Source: an uncultured Acidobacteriota bacterium
Lineage (GTDB): Bacteria; Acidobacteriota; Thermoanaerobaculia; Gp7-AA8
DNA: 64,000 nucleotides
Direction: 5' to 3'
NCBI GenBank assembly: GCA_963822445.1
Contig: CAWGHO010000001.1
Location: forward strand, 1,518,226 to 1,582,225
Shown here: positions 1-9,998 of the stretch, one piece after another
Position numbering within the stretch: position 1 is the stretch's first letter
Layout of the letters: each line of letters opens with the position of its first letter
Position numbers and translations under genes: made by a program
Notes under the pieces: generated by a model
Seen by the model: only the letters and a program-made list of their open reading frames with translations
What the model was told of the DNA's origin: nothing
Database searches by the model: none

Positions 1-2443
1 GAGCACGCCGTCAACAAGGAGCTCGGCTCGAAGCGCAACGAAATGTCCTCTGCCGACATCCGCCGCGCCTGCCGTCAATTCGCTGCGAAATACATCGACG
101 TCCAGCGCGAGGACTTCATCCGCCTCGGCGTCTTCGGCGACTGGGACCATCCCTACACCACGATGTCCTTCGATTACGAAGCCGACATCGCCGATGCGCT
201 GGGGCGGTTCTTCGAGACCGGCGCGGTTTACAAAGGCCTCAAACCGGTGCACTGGTGCACGTACGACCAGAGCGCGCTCGCCGAAGCGGAGGTCGAGTAT
301 CGCGATCACACCTCGCCGTCGATCTACGTCCGCTTCCGCATGCAGGAAGAAGCGATCAAAGAGCTCGACCTGCCGATCGAGAAGCCGCTTTACGCCGTCA
401 TCTGGACGACGACGCCCTGGACATTGCCCGCGAACCTGGCCATCGCCGTCAAACCGGAGTTCGAATACGCGATCGTCGAGCACGACGGTGAGAACTACAT
501 CCTGGCCAGTGAGCTCGTCGCGCAGGTCGCGCCGAAGTTCGGCTGGACCGATTACAAAGTCGGGAAGCTTTACAAAGGCGCGGCGCTCGAGCATCTCCGC
601 TACACGCATCCCTTCATCGAGCGCGAAGGCTTCATCGTTACCGGCGACTACGTGACCCTCGACGCCGGCACGGGCCTCGTCCACACCGCACCGGGCCACG
701 GCGCGGACGACTTCGCGACCGGCCGCCGCTACGAGCTCGAGATCTACACGCCCGTCAATCACCGCGGCGAGTTCACCCAGGACGTTCCGTTCTGGGCGGG
801 CACGCACGTGTTCAAAGCGAATCCGAAAATCGTCGAGCACCTGCAGCGAGACCGGCGCGCTCGTACACAGCGAGCAGATCACCCACTCCTATCCGCATTG
901 CTGGCGGTGCAAGAACCCGATCATCTTCCGCGGCACGGAGCAGTGGTTCATCTCCATGGACCAGAACGATCTGCGCCGGCACGCCCTCGAAGAGATCGAC
1001 AAAGTGCAGTGGGTGCCGGCCTGGGGCCGCGACCGCATCTACGGCATGATCGAGAACCGCCCCGACTGGGTCATCTCCCGGCAGCGTTTGTGGGGCGTGC
1101 CGATCACCGTTCTGTATTGCGAGCAGTGCACCGAGCCGGTGACGTCGCCGGAGCTCTTCGCCAACGTCAGCAAGTATTTTCGTGAAGAAGGCGCCGACGC
1201 CTGGTACGAGCGGCCGACGACCGACTTTCACAACGAGCCTTGCACCAAGTGCGGCGCCACGGCGTATCGCAAGGAAACGGACATCCTCGACGTCTGGTTC
1301 GACTCCGGTTGCTCGCACCTCGCCGTCCTCAAACGCCGCGAAGAGCTGGAATGGCCGACCGACGTCTACCTCGAAGGCCACGATCAACACCGCGGCTGGT
1401 TCCACTCGTCACTGCTCGTTGGAACCGGCATCGAGAAGGGTGCGCCGTATCGCGCGGTCGTGACCTGCGGCTTCATCCTCAACGAGTCGGGCGACAAGAT
1501 GTCGAAGTCGAAAGGCGATGCCCTCTCGCCGCAGGACGTGATCAAGCAGAGCGGCGCGGACATCCTCCGGCTCTGGGTCTCAGTCAGCGACTACACCGAC
1601 GACATCCCCTTCGGGCCGCAAATCCTCACCCGAGCCAGCGATGGCTACCGCAAGATCCGCAACACCGCGCGCTACCTGCTCGCCAATCTCAGCGATTTCG
1701 ATCCGGCGAAGGACGCGCTTCCAAACGAGGAGCTGCTTCCCATCGATCGCTGGATCCTCGACCGCGCCACCCGTGCCGTCGATCGCTGCCGGCAGGCCTA
1801 CGAGGAGTACGAATTTCACGTCGTCTACCACCGAATTCTCGAGCTCTGCACGGTCGATCTGTCGTCGATCTACCTCGATGCCTCGAAGGACACGATGTAT
1901 TGCGACGCACCGGCCTCGCGCGAGCGCCGTAGCGCGCAGACGGCGATGTATCACGTGCTCCGCGGCATCACCGCGGCCATCGCGCCCATCCTCACCTTCA
2001 CCGCCGACGAGATCTACGAGGCGATGCCCGGCGAGAAGGAAGCGTCGGTGCATCTGACGGAGATCCCGAAGCTGAACGCGACGATCTCCGCGGAAGACGC
2101 AGGTGCCTGGACCCGGCTCCTTGCGTTGCGCGACTCGGTCATGGCCGTGCTCGAGCCGGCGCGCGCGGCGAAGGAGATCGGTCAGTCGCTCGAAGCGGAC
2201 GTCACGCTGAATGAAGACGTGGACTGGGTTCCGAAAGGCGTCGACCTGGCCAAGCTCTTCATCGTGTCGCACGTCGATGTGGTGAACGACGCCGCAACGG
2301 CTGTTTCGTGGACGAAAGCGCGCGGACGGAAATGCGGCCGCTGCTGGCAATACCGCGAAGAAGTCGCGGTCGAAGGCGATCTTTGCGCGCGCTGCCAGAA
2401 AGTCGTCGACGAGCTCGCGCCCGCCGAAATGCCGACCGCGTAG
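1..2443 (+). CDS. ileS: Isoleucine--tRNA ligase, 5'-truncated by the window edge, with a frameshift near 845
   Basis: WTTTPWTLPAN, GTGLVHTAPGHG, DWVISRQR, KMSKS and a C-terminal CxxC...CxxC zinc finger, split over ORFs 43..1185 and 956..2443. Confidence 0.97.
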
Positions 2444-2487
2444 CAATCGCGTCTGTTACATTAGCCATTCAAGAAGGAGAAACGAAA

Positions 2488-2691
2488 ATGGCTATCAAAA
2501 CCAAAGCGATCAAGAAGGCTGCGGGCAAAGCGTACGACGACGCAAAGGAAGCTGCAGGATCCGCGGTGAAGTCGGTGAAGAAAGCAGCCAAACCGAAAGT
2601 GAAAGCGGTCAAGAAAGCGGTGAAGAGCGCCACCAAGGACGCTTTGAAGGCGACCGCGAAAACCCTGAAGAAGGCAGCAAAGAAACTCTAG
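2488..2691 (+). CDS. Small Lys/Ala-rich histone H1-like protein (67 aa)
   Basis: SD AAGGAGA before ATG 2488; MAIKTKAIKKAAGK...KKAAKKL with repeated KKAA/KKAV motifs. Confidence 0.8.
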   Translation: MAIKTKAIKKAAGKAYDDAKEAAGSAVKSVKKAAKPKVKAVKKAVKSATKDALKATAKTLKKAAKKL

Positions 2692-2692
2692 T

Positions 2693-3508
2693 TTGCGCTT
2701 CGCCGACCTCCATACCCATACCTACCATTCGGACGGAACGCGCGCACCGAAAGAGGTCGTCGACGTCGCGCGCGCTCACGGCATCACCATCCTCTGTATC
2801 AGCGACCACGACAACCTCGCCGCGTACTTCGAGATCAAGAAGTACGCGGACGAGGTTGGGGTGTTGCTCGTCCCCGGCATGGAGCTCTCCTGCGAATACG
2901 AGGGCATCGACATCCATGTCCTCGCCTACGCCTTCGACGCGAATGACGAGCGCATCGCCGATCGCCTGCGCGGGTTTCGCGAGACCCGCCAGCACCGCGG
3001 CGCGATCATCGTCGACCGCCTCCGAGCCCTCGGCTACAACATCTCCCTGACGCGCGTCGAAGAGCTCGCGGCCGGTGGCTCGCTCGGTCGCCCTCACGTC
3101 GCCCGCGCGCTGGTCGAGGCGCGCTACGTGAAGTCGGTGTCCGAGGCGTTCGATAAATTGCTCGGAACCGGGAAGCCCGGATATGTCGAAAAAGAGCGCT
3201 TCCGCATCGCTGAGGCGGTCACGCTGATTCGCGCGGCCGGCGGAGTCACGTCGATCGCCCATCCGACGTTGTATCCGAATCACGAGACGATCGTCCCGCT
3301 GCTGCTCGATGCCGGAATCGACGCCGTCGAAACGATCCATCCCGACGTCGATCCGCTCAATCGCGAGAAGTACACGAACCTCGTCCGCTTCCGCGGCAAA
3401 TTCGCCACCGGCGGCTCCGACGACCACGGCGCGGTGAAGAAGGTCGAGACCCTCGGCACGATTCGTGTTCCAGAGACGATGATCCAGCCCTTGTTGGACC
3501 GTCTCTAA
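2693..3508 (+). CDS. PHP-domain phosphoesterase (TrpH/YciV-like)
   Basis: DLHTHTYHSDG, ISDHD, GRPHVARAL, GGSDDH. Confidence 0.92.
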   Translation: MRFADLHTHTYHSDGTRAPKEVVDVARAHGITILCISDHDNLAAYFEIKKYADEVGVLLVPGMELSCEYEGIDIHVLAYAFDANDERIADRLRGFRETRQHRGAIIVDRLRALGYNISLTRVEELAAGGSLGRPHVARALVEARYVKSVSEAFDKLLGTGKPGYVEKERFRIAEAVTLIRAAGGVTSIAHPTLYPNHETIVPLLLDAGIDAVETIHPDVDPLNREKYTNLVRFRGKFATGGSDDHGAVKKVETLGTIRVPETMIQPLLDRL

Positions 3509-3524
3509 CGTCGGATCGTCTCTG

Positions 3525-4784
3525 ATGCTTCGTCCTCTCTTCTTTTCTCTGCTCTTCCTCGCCCTGGTCGGTGACGCGCGGATCTTTCTGTTCGTGCTGA
3601 ACCGCCTCGTCTTCGGCGCCCATCGCGAAGAGAAAGCGAAGCTGCACTGGCTGATGTACGCCGTTCCGCCGCTGCTGCTCTTTCTCACGCTGCTTTTCCT
3701 GCCGCTGCACGAATGGATTGCCGATCTGTCCGACAACCGTCTGGTCGATCGCATCACCCCCGAGCCGATCGAGCGGGTGTGGCAGGCGTTCTGGACCTAC
3801 GTCGGCCCGGCCTGGCTGTTCATCGCCGCGGGCGTCGGCCTTTATTGGCTGATCGATCGCGTTCGCGTGCTGGTGTTCCCGGCTTCTGCCGTCGCCGGAA
3901 CGAAGACATTCGTGCCGACGGTGATCCGCGCGCGGATCCGCGCGGAAGAACGCGAGCCGCAGGTATCGACGCTGAAGCGCATCGCCCGCGCGGTCGGCGC
4001 TCACAACGACGTTTACGATTTCGAGATCACGCAACACGAAGTTGCGATTGCGAGTCTGCCCGCATCCTTCGATGGCTATCGCATCGCGTTCCTCACCGAC
4101 ACTCACGTCGCATCCTTCATGCGGCGCGATTTCTACCGCGCCGTCGTCGCCCAGGCGAGCGCCTTCGATCCCGATCTCGTCCTCCTCGGCGGCGACTTCG
4201 TGACGTGGGAGCGGCACATCCCGCTGATGGCCGAGGTGCTGCTGACCGATCTTCAGGCCCGCGATGGCATTTACGCGGTCCTCGGCAATCACGATTACTG
4301 GGCGAATCCGAAGGCGGTCATGGAAGCGATGACGGCGCGCGGCGTTCAGTTCATCGTCAATCGCTCCGTCGCCATCCGCCGCGGCGACGAGATGATCTCG
4401 CTCCTCGGGATCGACGAGGTCTATCGCGGCCATCCGGACCTCGACGCCGCCTTCGCCGGCACCGATCCGAACCTCCCCTGCCTCGGCCTCAGCCACCATC
4501 CCGACATCATCGACAGGCTCGACGGATGGAAGCTCGATCTGCTCGTGTGCGGCCACACCCACGGCGGACAGATCCGCTTTCCGTTCTTCGGCTCGGTGAT
4601 CGTCCCGTCGAAACACGAGAGCCGTTACGCGAGCGGATTTCAGCGGGTGGGGGACGTGTTGCTGTACGTCAGCCGCGGAATCGGGGCCATCCCGCCGGTG
4701 CGCATTCTTTGCAGACCGGAACTGGCCACCTTCACCCTGCGGCGGTCTCTCAATGACGACAAAACTCTCGGAGGTCTGGCCTGA
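3525..4784 (+). CDS. Membrane-anchored metallophosphoesterase (YkuE/YaeI-like)
   Basis: N-terminal TM segments; DTH, GGD, LGNHD, HHPD, GHTHGGQ motifs. Confidence 0.9.
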   Translation: MLRPLFFSLLFLALVGDARIFLFVLNRLVFGAHREEKAKLHWLMYAVPPLLLFLTLLFLPLHEWIADLSDNRLVDRITPEPIERVWQAFWTYVGPAWLFIAAGVGLYWLIDRVRVLVFPASAVAGTKTFVPTVIRARIRAEEREPQVSTLKRIARAVGAHNDVYDFEITQHEVAIASLPASFDGYRIAFLTDTHVASFMRRDFYRAVVAQASAFDPDLVLLGGDFVTWERHIPLMAEVLLTDLQARDGIYAVLGNHDYWANPKAVMEAMTARGVQFIVNRSVAIRRGDEMISLLGIDEVYRGHPDLDAAFAGTDPNLPCLGLSHHPDIIDRLDGWKLDLLVCGHTHGGQIRFPFFGSVIVPSKHESRYASGFQRVGDVLLYVSRGIGAIPPVRILCRPELATFTLRRSLNDDKTLGGLA

Positions 4785-5674
4785 TCTCGAGCGCGTTGCT
4801 CGCGCCGAGGGAGTGCTGCATCTGGGAGCGAGTGACGTCGAGGATGCGCATGCGGCGATGTTCGCGGAGTGGATCGAGCGCGGACATCACGCGTCGATGT
4901 CCTACCTCGCCAGGAACGCGGCCATTCGCGCGAATCCCATCGAGCGGTATCCATGGGCGAAGTCGGTAATCTCCATCCTCGTACCCTACGCGAGCGAGCG
5001 GCCGCACGCGCCAGAAGACGCGCTCAGTCATCACATCGCCCGCTACGCCCTCGGTGACGATTACCACGACGTCCTCGATCGCATCCTGCGCAAGGTTGAA
5101 GAGGCATTGCCGGGCGTGAAGACCTGGCGGTACGTCGATACGGGTCCGCTCTCCGATCGTGCCTACGCCGCGCAGGCCGGCCTGGGATGGATCGGCAAGA
5201 ACGGCATGCTCATTCACGAAGAGCATGGCTCGTACTTTTTCATCGGAACGTTGCTGACCGCGCTGGAGAACGACATCAGCGCGGTGACCGTCGCCGATCG
5301 CTGCGGCGCCTGCACGCGCTGCCTCGACGCCTGTCCCACGAACGCCATCCTGCCCGATCGCACGATCGACGTCGCACCAATGCATCAGCTACGCGACCAT
5401 CGAGCATCGCGGCGAGCTCGATGAGCGGATCGCAGACAGGCTCGAGTCGAATGCCTTCGGCTGCGACATCTGCCAGGAAGTCTGCCCCTGGAACCACGCG
5501 CCCGCTGCCGCACACCCCGCCTTCGCGGCTCGCGAGGAATACCGCGCGACGCCGGTCAGCGACCTGCTCCGCTTCGGCCAGGCCGAGTTTTCGACGCTCT
5601 TCCGCAAGAGCGCGGTGAAGCGGGCCAGGCTCGCGGGGATGCAGCGGAATGTGCGACTCTTGTCGCGTCGATGA
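4753..5674 (+). CDS. queG: Epoxyqueuosine reductase, frameshift near 5375
   Basis: ARYALGDDYH, VDTGP, GWIGKN, CGACTRCLDACP; the shifted frame continues CISYATIE...FGCDICQEVCPWN to TGA at 5674. Confidence 0.9.
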
Positions 5675-6447
5675 GCCACGACGCTCCGCCGCCCGACTGC
5701 CTGAACTGCAACGCCGCACTGCAAGGACCTTTCTGTCACGCCTGTGGGCAGAAAGCAGTCGCGCCGCTGGTCAGCGTCCATGACTTCGTTCATGAGGCGA
5801 CGCATGAGTTCCTGCACCTCGACGGGAAGATTCTCAACACGATCAAGCTGCTCGTCCTGAAGCCGGGGCAGCTGACGCGGGAGTTCATCGAAGGACGCCG
5901 GGCGCGGTACATCGGGCCGATTCGCGTCTATCTCACGTTCAGCGTGATTTTCTTCGCGCTGGCCGCCATCGTCCCGGGCGCGCGCGAGTCATTCATCAAA
6001 GTCGGGCCGACGAACAGCCTGCCCGCGACGGTTGCCGAAGAGGAACGCCAGGCCGACAAGATCCGCGAGACGCTGATGCACAACATGCCTCGCGCCGCGT
6101 TTCTGCTGATGCCCGCGTTCGCGTTTCTGACCTGGCTCTTCTACCGCCGCGCGCAGCCGTACTACGTTCCTCATCTCTACTACTCGATCCACTTCCACGC
6201 CTTCGCCTTTCTGATGCTTTCCATCGCCATGCTCCTCGGCCTCCTCGGCCGCAGCGGGAAACTGTTCGGCAGCATCGCCTTCCTCACCGTCTTCCCCTAC
6301 CACTACATCGGCCTGCGGCGGATGTTCGGCGACTCGCGATGGAAGACGTTCGGGAAAGGCACGGCCATCGGCGTTCTGTACTGGATCGTGCTCGCGCTCA
6401 CGATGGCGGCGCTGACCTGGGGGACGATGCGAGCGATCCCGAAATGA
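5671..6447 (+). CDS. DUF3667-domain membrane protein
   Basis: N-terminal CLNC...FCHACGQK, LKPGQLTREFIEGRRARY, several TM helices. Confidence 0.85.
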   Translation: MSHDAPPPDCLNCNAALQGPFCHACGQKAVAPLVSVHDFVHEATHEFLHLDGKILNTIKLLVLKPGQLTREFIEGRRARYIGPIRVYLTFSVIFFALAAIVPGARESFIKVGPTNSLPATVAEEERQADKIRETLMHNMPRAAFLLMPAFAFLTWLFYRRAQPYYVPHLYYSIHFHAFAFLMLSIAMLLGLLGRSGKLFGSIAFLTVFPYHYIGLRRMFGDSRWKTFGKGTAIGVLYWIVLALTMAALTWGTMRAIPK

Positions 6448-6448
6448 G

Positions 6449-6871
6449 CTACTTCTTCGCCCGCGGTTCCGAATGGAACGCCTTGCTCACGACCTGCCAC
6501 TTGCCGTCGATCTTCAGCAGCAGCATGTAGTCGGTGAACACCGCCGCCGGGTAATCGAGCTTCAGCTTGGCCACGGCGGCGTTGCCGGTGATGTCCACCA
6601 TCTCGATCGTGCGTTTGCGCTGGGCCTCGTCCGCCGGCGCGTTGCCTTTCAATGCGGAAACGTACTCGTCGCGAGTGCGGGTCATGAACGCGCCGTCCTT
6701 CACCCACAACATCTTCCACTCCGGATGAAACGCCTCGAGCAGCGGCGAGCCCTGACCGGTGGCGTGGGCCTCGAAATACTTCTCCACGGCGGCGCGCACG
6801 AGGGCCTGATCGTTGTCCTGCGCGAAGAGCGGCGTGGTCAGAAGGAGGGCGACGAGGATGGCGGTCTTCAT
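6449..6871 (-). CDS. Secreted NTF2-like (putative lumazine-binding) protein
   Basis: Signal peptide; AFHP, VDITGNAAVAKL, FTDYMLLLKIDGKWQVVSK. Confidence 0.85.
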   Translation of the reverse strand: MKTAILVALLLTTPLFAQDNDQALVRAAVEKYFEAHATGQGSPLLEAFHPEWKMLWVKDGAFMTRTRDEYVSALKGNAPADEAQRKRTIEMVDITGNAAVAKLKLDYPAAVFTDYMLLLKIDGKWQVVSKAFHSEPRAKK

Positions 6872-6887
6872 GACCGCAGAGACTAAC

Positions 6888-7889
6888 TCAACGCAGCGGC
6901 AGCTCGAACGCGCGTCCGACGATGGTCGGGTCGACCGAGCGGTCGAGGTACTCCCACACGGCCAGCGCGTCGGGATGATGCGCGATCGGCGGAGCGATCT
7001 CGCGGGTCTGGGGATCGTTGATGATCAGACGCGCGCGGCGGTAGTAGTGCATCGCTTCTTCGGGATTCAGGCGGAGCTCTTCGCGCACGCCCTGAATGAG
7101 CAGGTATTGCTCGGCGGGGACACCCGAGGCTTCTAGCGCGGCGTATTGCGGGGCGAGCTGGCGCGCGCGGGCGCGGATGATCTTCAGCTTGAGCCGGAGC
7201 GATTGCGTGTCCAGCGCCGCGCGAACGAGCTCGCAGAGCCGGCCGATCGCCAGCCGCAACTGCTCGGGCTTCTCGTTGACGTACAGGCCCGCGCGATAGC
7301 TTCGGGTGGTGCTGCCGGTGATCGCCTTCACCGTCGTCCACATCACTTCACCGGCGACGGCGAGTGAGATTTCGGACTGGGGAACGCTGAACGACAGGAT
7401 GGCCGTGGATCCGCGCAAAGGCTCCGCTGGCAGCTCGATGCGCGCGCCGCGCGCGGAGAGATTTTCGATGTGAACGGGCTGGCCGTCGAACGTCGCGGGC
7501 AGCGACGGGGACACGAAGAAACGATCGGTCGAGCGGAGCTCTTCGATCCGGTTGGAGCGGTTCGACGTCTGCAGCTGCGCGATCAGCGAGCTGAGCACTT
7601 CCGGAGATCCATATGTCCGTGCTCCGGACACGAAACGCCCTGCCGAGCCATGTTCCGGCTGGCTCCAGACCACCACCGCCTCGATGCTCACCGGCGAGGG
7701 ACGGCCGTCCACGGACAGCTTGAGCAGGGACTTCATCCCCGTTTCGAGCGGCTTGTCGTGACGGAACCGCGCTCCCTTCGCCGAGATGTCGCAGATGGCG
7801 ACGGGGGAAGTGCCGAACGTCGCCGCCAGCGGCGGGGCGAGCAGAAATCGCTCCGCCGTTCGGAGATTGCGAGCCGTGGCTTCGTGCAT
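6888..7889 (-). CDS. Tandem PilZ-domain protein with an unassigned C-terminal helical domain
   Basis: RTAERF...DISAKG and RSTDRF...NLSARG, two RxxxR plus D/NxSxxG motif sets; start placed at MHEATARNLR. Confidence 0.8.
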   Translation of the reverse strand: MHEATARNLRTAERFLLAPPLAATFGTSPVAICDISAKGARFRHDKPLETGMKSLLKLSVDGRPSPVSIEAVVVWSQPEHGSAGRFVSGARTYGSPEVLSSLIAQLQTSNRSNRIEELRSTDRFFVSPSLPATFDGQPVHIENLSARGARIELPAEPLRGSTAILSFSVPQSEISLAVAGEVMWTTVKAITGSTTRSYRAGLYVNEKPEQLRLAIGRLCELVRAALDTQSLRLKLKIIRARARQLAPQYAALEASGVPAEQYLLIQGVREELRLNPEEAMHYYRRARLIINDPQTREIAPPIAHHPDALAVWEYLDRSVDPTIVGRAFELPLR

Positions 7890-7989
7890 TGTCGGAGTTG
7901 AGGACAGCTTACGCTCGATTTGGACCTGTTGAAAGCGTGTCGCTTGGTGTAACACCAGCGCCATCGGCCTTTTGTGATATCGCTCACTT

Positions 7990-8634
7990 ATGGATCGCCA
8001 TTTCGACGTCATCACCTTCGACTGTTACGGTACGCTCATCGACTGGGAGTCCGGGATCGCCGACGCCTTCCGCGCGGCTGGTCTCGAACGCCCGCGCCAC
8101 GACATCCTTCGCGCGTACGAGGAGATCGAGCCGGTCGTCGAGAGCGAGCGCTATCAGCTTTATCGCGACGTCCTCACCGAGACCGCGGTCCGCGTCGGCT
8201 CGGCCCTCGGATGGCAAACGGACGGCGCCTTCCTGCCGGACTCTCTTCCCGACTGGAAACCGTTCCCCGACACGAACGCGGCCCTGGAGCAACTCGTGGC
8301 CGGCGGTTACCGCCTGGGCATTCTCTCGAATGTCGACGACGTGCTGATCGCCGCGACGCGCCGCCACTTCACCGTCGACTTCGATCTGATCATCACCGCG
8401 CAGCAGGTCCGTTCCTACAAACCGGCGCCGGCGCACTTCCTCGCCGCGCGCGAGGCGATCGGCAACGCCCGCTGGCTGCACGCCGCCCAAAGCAACTTCC
8501 ACGACATCGTCCCCGCCAACAACCTGGGAATCCCCACGGCGTGGGTGAACCGCCGCGGCGATACCGCCCTGCCGGGCGGGACGCCGACGTATGAGGTCAA
8601 GAATCTAACCGCGCTTGCGGAGCTATTGGCTTAA
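7990..8634 (+). CDS. HAD-superfamily hydrolase (haloacid dehalogenase type II-like)
   Basis: FDCYGTLIDWE, LSNVD, SYKP, HDIVPA. Confidence 0.9.
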   Translation: MDRHFDVITFDCYGTLIDWESGIADAFRAAGLERPRHDILRAYEEIEPVVESERYQLYRDVLTETAVRVGSALGWQTDGAFLPDSLPDWKPFPDTNAALEQLVAGGYRLGILSNVDDVLIAATRRHFTVDFDLIITAQQVRSYKPAPAHFLAAREAIGNARWLHAAQSNFHDIVPANNLGIPTAWVNRRGDTALPGGTPTYEVKNLTALAELLA

Positions 8635-9809
8635 ACCACTTCGACGATCATCGCTGCCGCTTCGCCGCCGCCGATGCAGATCGCGGCGAGGCCGCGCTTC
8701 GCGCCGCGCTCGTGTAATGCGTGAATCAGCGTGACGAGAATGCGCGCGCCGCTCGCGCCGATCGGGTGGCCGAGGGCGACTGCGCCGCCGTAGACGTTCA
8801 GCTTGTCGTGGGGGATGTTCGCGTCCTTCATCGCCGCGAGGGCCACGGCGGCAAAGGCTTCGTTGATCTCGAAGAGATCGATGTCGTCGACGGTCATCTT
8901 CGCGCGCTGCAGCACGAGATCGATGGCCTTCGCGGGGGCGGTGGTGAACCACTCCGGCTCGTGCGCCGCCGTCGACTGGGCGATGATCCGGGCGATCGGC
9001 TTGAGGTTGTGCTGCGAGGCGTAATCGGCTGACGTCACGACCAGCGCGGCCGCGCCGTCGTTGATCTTCGACGCGTTCGCCGCGGTCACCGTGCCGCCTT
9101 CCTTGGCGAAGGCCGGCTTGAGCTTGCCCATCTTGTCGAGCGGCGCGGAGAACGGCTCCTCGTCGTCGACGACGACGGATTTGCCCTTCTTCCCCTCGAT
9201 CTCGACGACGGCGATCTCCTTCTTGAACTTGCCCGTCTTGATCGCGTCCTGGGCGCGGCGGTAGGACTCGAGCGAGAACTCGTCCTGCTGCTCGCGGGTG
9301 AATTCGTACTTCGACACGCAGGTCTCGGCGCAATTGCCCATGTGCTTGTCGCCGTACGGGTCCCAGAGTCCGTCGTGAATCATCACGTCGATCATCTTGC
9401 CGTTGCCCATACGGTAGCCGGTGCGGGCCTGCGGCAGGACGTACGGCGCGTTGGACATCGACTCCATGCCCCCGGCGACGGCGAGGTCGTATTCGCCGCA
9501 GCGGATGTCGTTCGCGGCGTACATCAGCGCCTTCATCCCCGAGCCGCAGACTTTGTTCACCGTGACCGCGCCGGCGTTGACGGGAATGCCCGCGTAAATC
9601 CCGGCCTGACGGGCCGGCGCCTGGCCGATGCCGGCCTGGAGGACGTTGCCCATGATCACCTGCTGAACCTGGTCGGGCTGCACGCCCGAATTTTCGAGGG
9701 CGCATTTGATGGCCACGGCGCCGAGGCGGGGCGCGGGAAGGGCGGAAAGGGTGCCGAGAAACGAGCCGATCGGCGTGCGGGCGCCGCCGAGAATGACGAT
9801 GTCTTTCAT
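8631..9809 (-). CDS. Acetyl-CoA C-acetyltransferase (thiolase)
   Basis: RTPIG, NKVCGSG, GGMESMS, NEAFA, GHPIGASG, CIGGG. Confidence 0.95.
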   Translation of the reverse strand: MKDIVILGGARTPIGSFLGTLSALPAPRLGAVAIKCALENSGVQPDQVQQVIMGNVLQAGIGQAPARQAGIYAGIPVNAGAVTVNKVCGSGMKALMYAANDIRCGEYDLAVAGGMESMSNAPYVLPQARTGYRMGNGKMIDVMIHDGLWDPYGDKHMGNCAETCVSKYEFTREQQDEFSLESYRRAQDAIKTGKFKKEIAVVEIEGKKGKSVVVDDEEPFSAPLDKMGKLKPAFAKEGGTVTAANASKINDGAAALVVTSADYASQHNLKPIARIIAQSTAAHEPEWFTTAPAKAIDLVLQRAKMTVDDIDLFEINEAFAAVALAAMKDANIPHDKLNVYGGAVALGHPIGASGARILVTLIHALHERGAKRGLAAICIGGGEAAAMIVEVV

Positions 9810-9825
9810 GAGCGTGTTTCTATCA

Positions 9826-9953
9826 CAAGGGGACGACGAGGGGCCTCCGGCGGCCGGGGCCACGGGCCCCGGACCCCGCTGTTTGGCTAGGCCAAACCAA
9901 ACGGGTCCAGGGCCCGTGGCCCTGGCCGCCGGAGGCCCCCCGTCGTCCTCTTG
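9826..9953. repeat. Near-perfect GC-rich palindrome of about 128 bp between divergent genes
   Basis: caaggggacgacgaggggcctccggcggcc...ggccgccggaggccccccgtcgtcctcttg; arms of about 50 bp with 4 transition mismatches, plus an inner gtttggc/gccaaac hairpin. Confidence 0.9.
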
Positions 9954-9998
9954 AGCTAGAATGCGCCTCCCTCAACGTCGCACACAGGAGTCGTCCGA

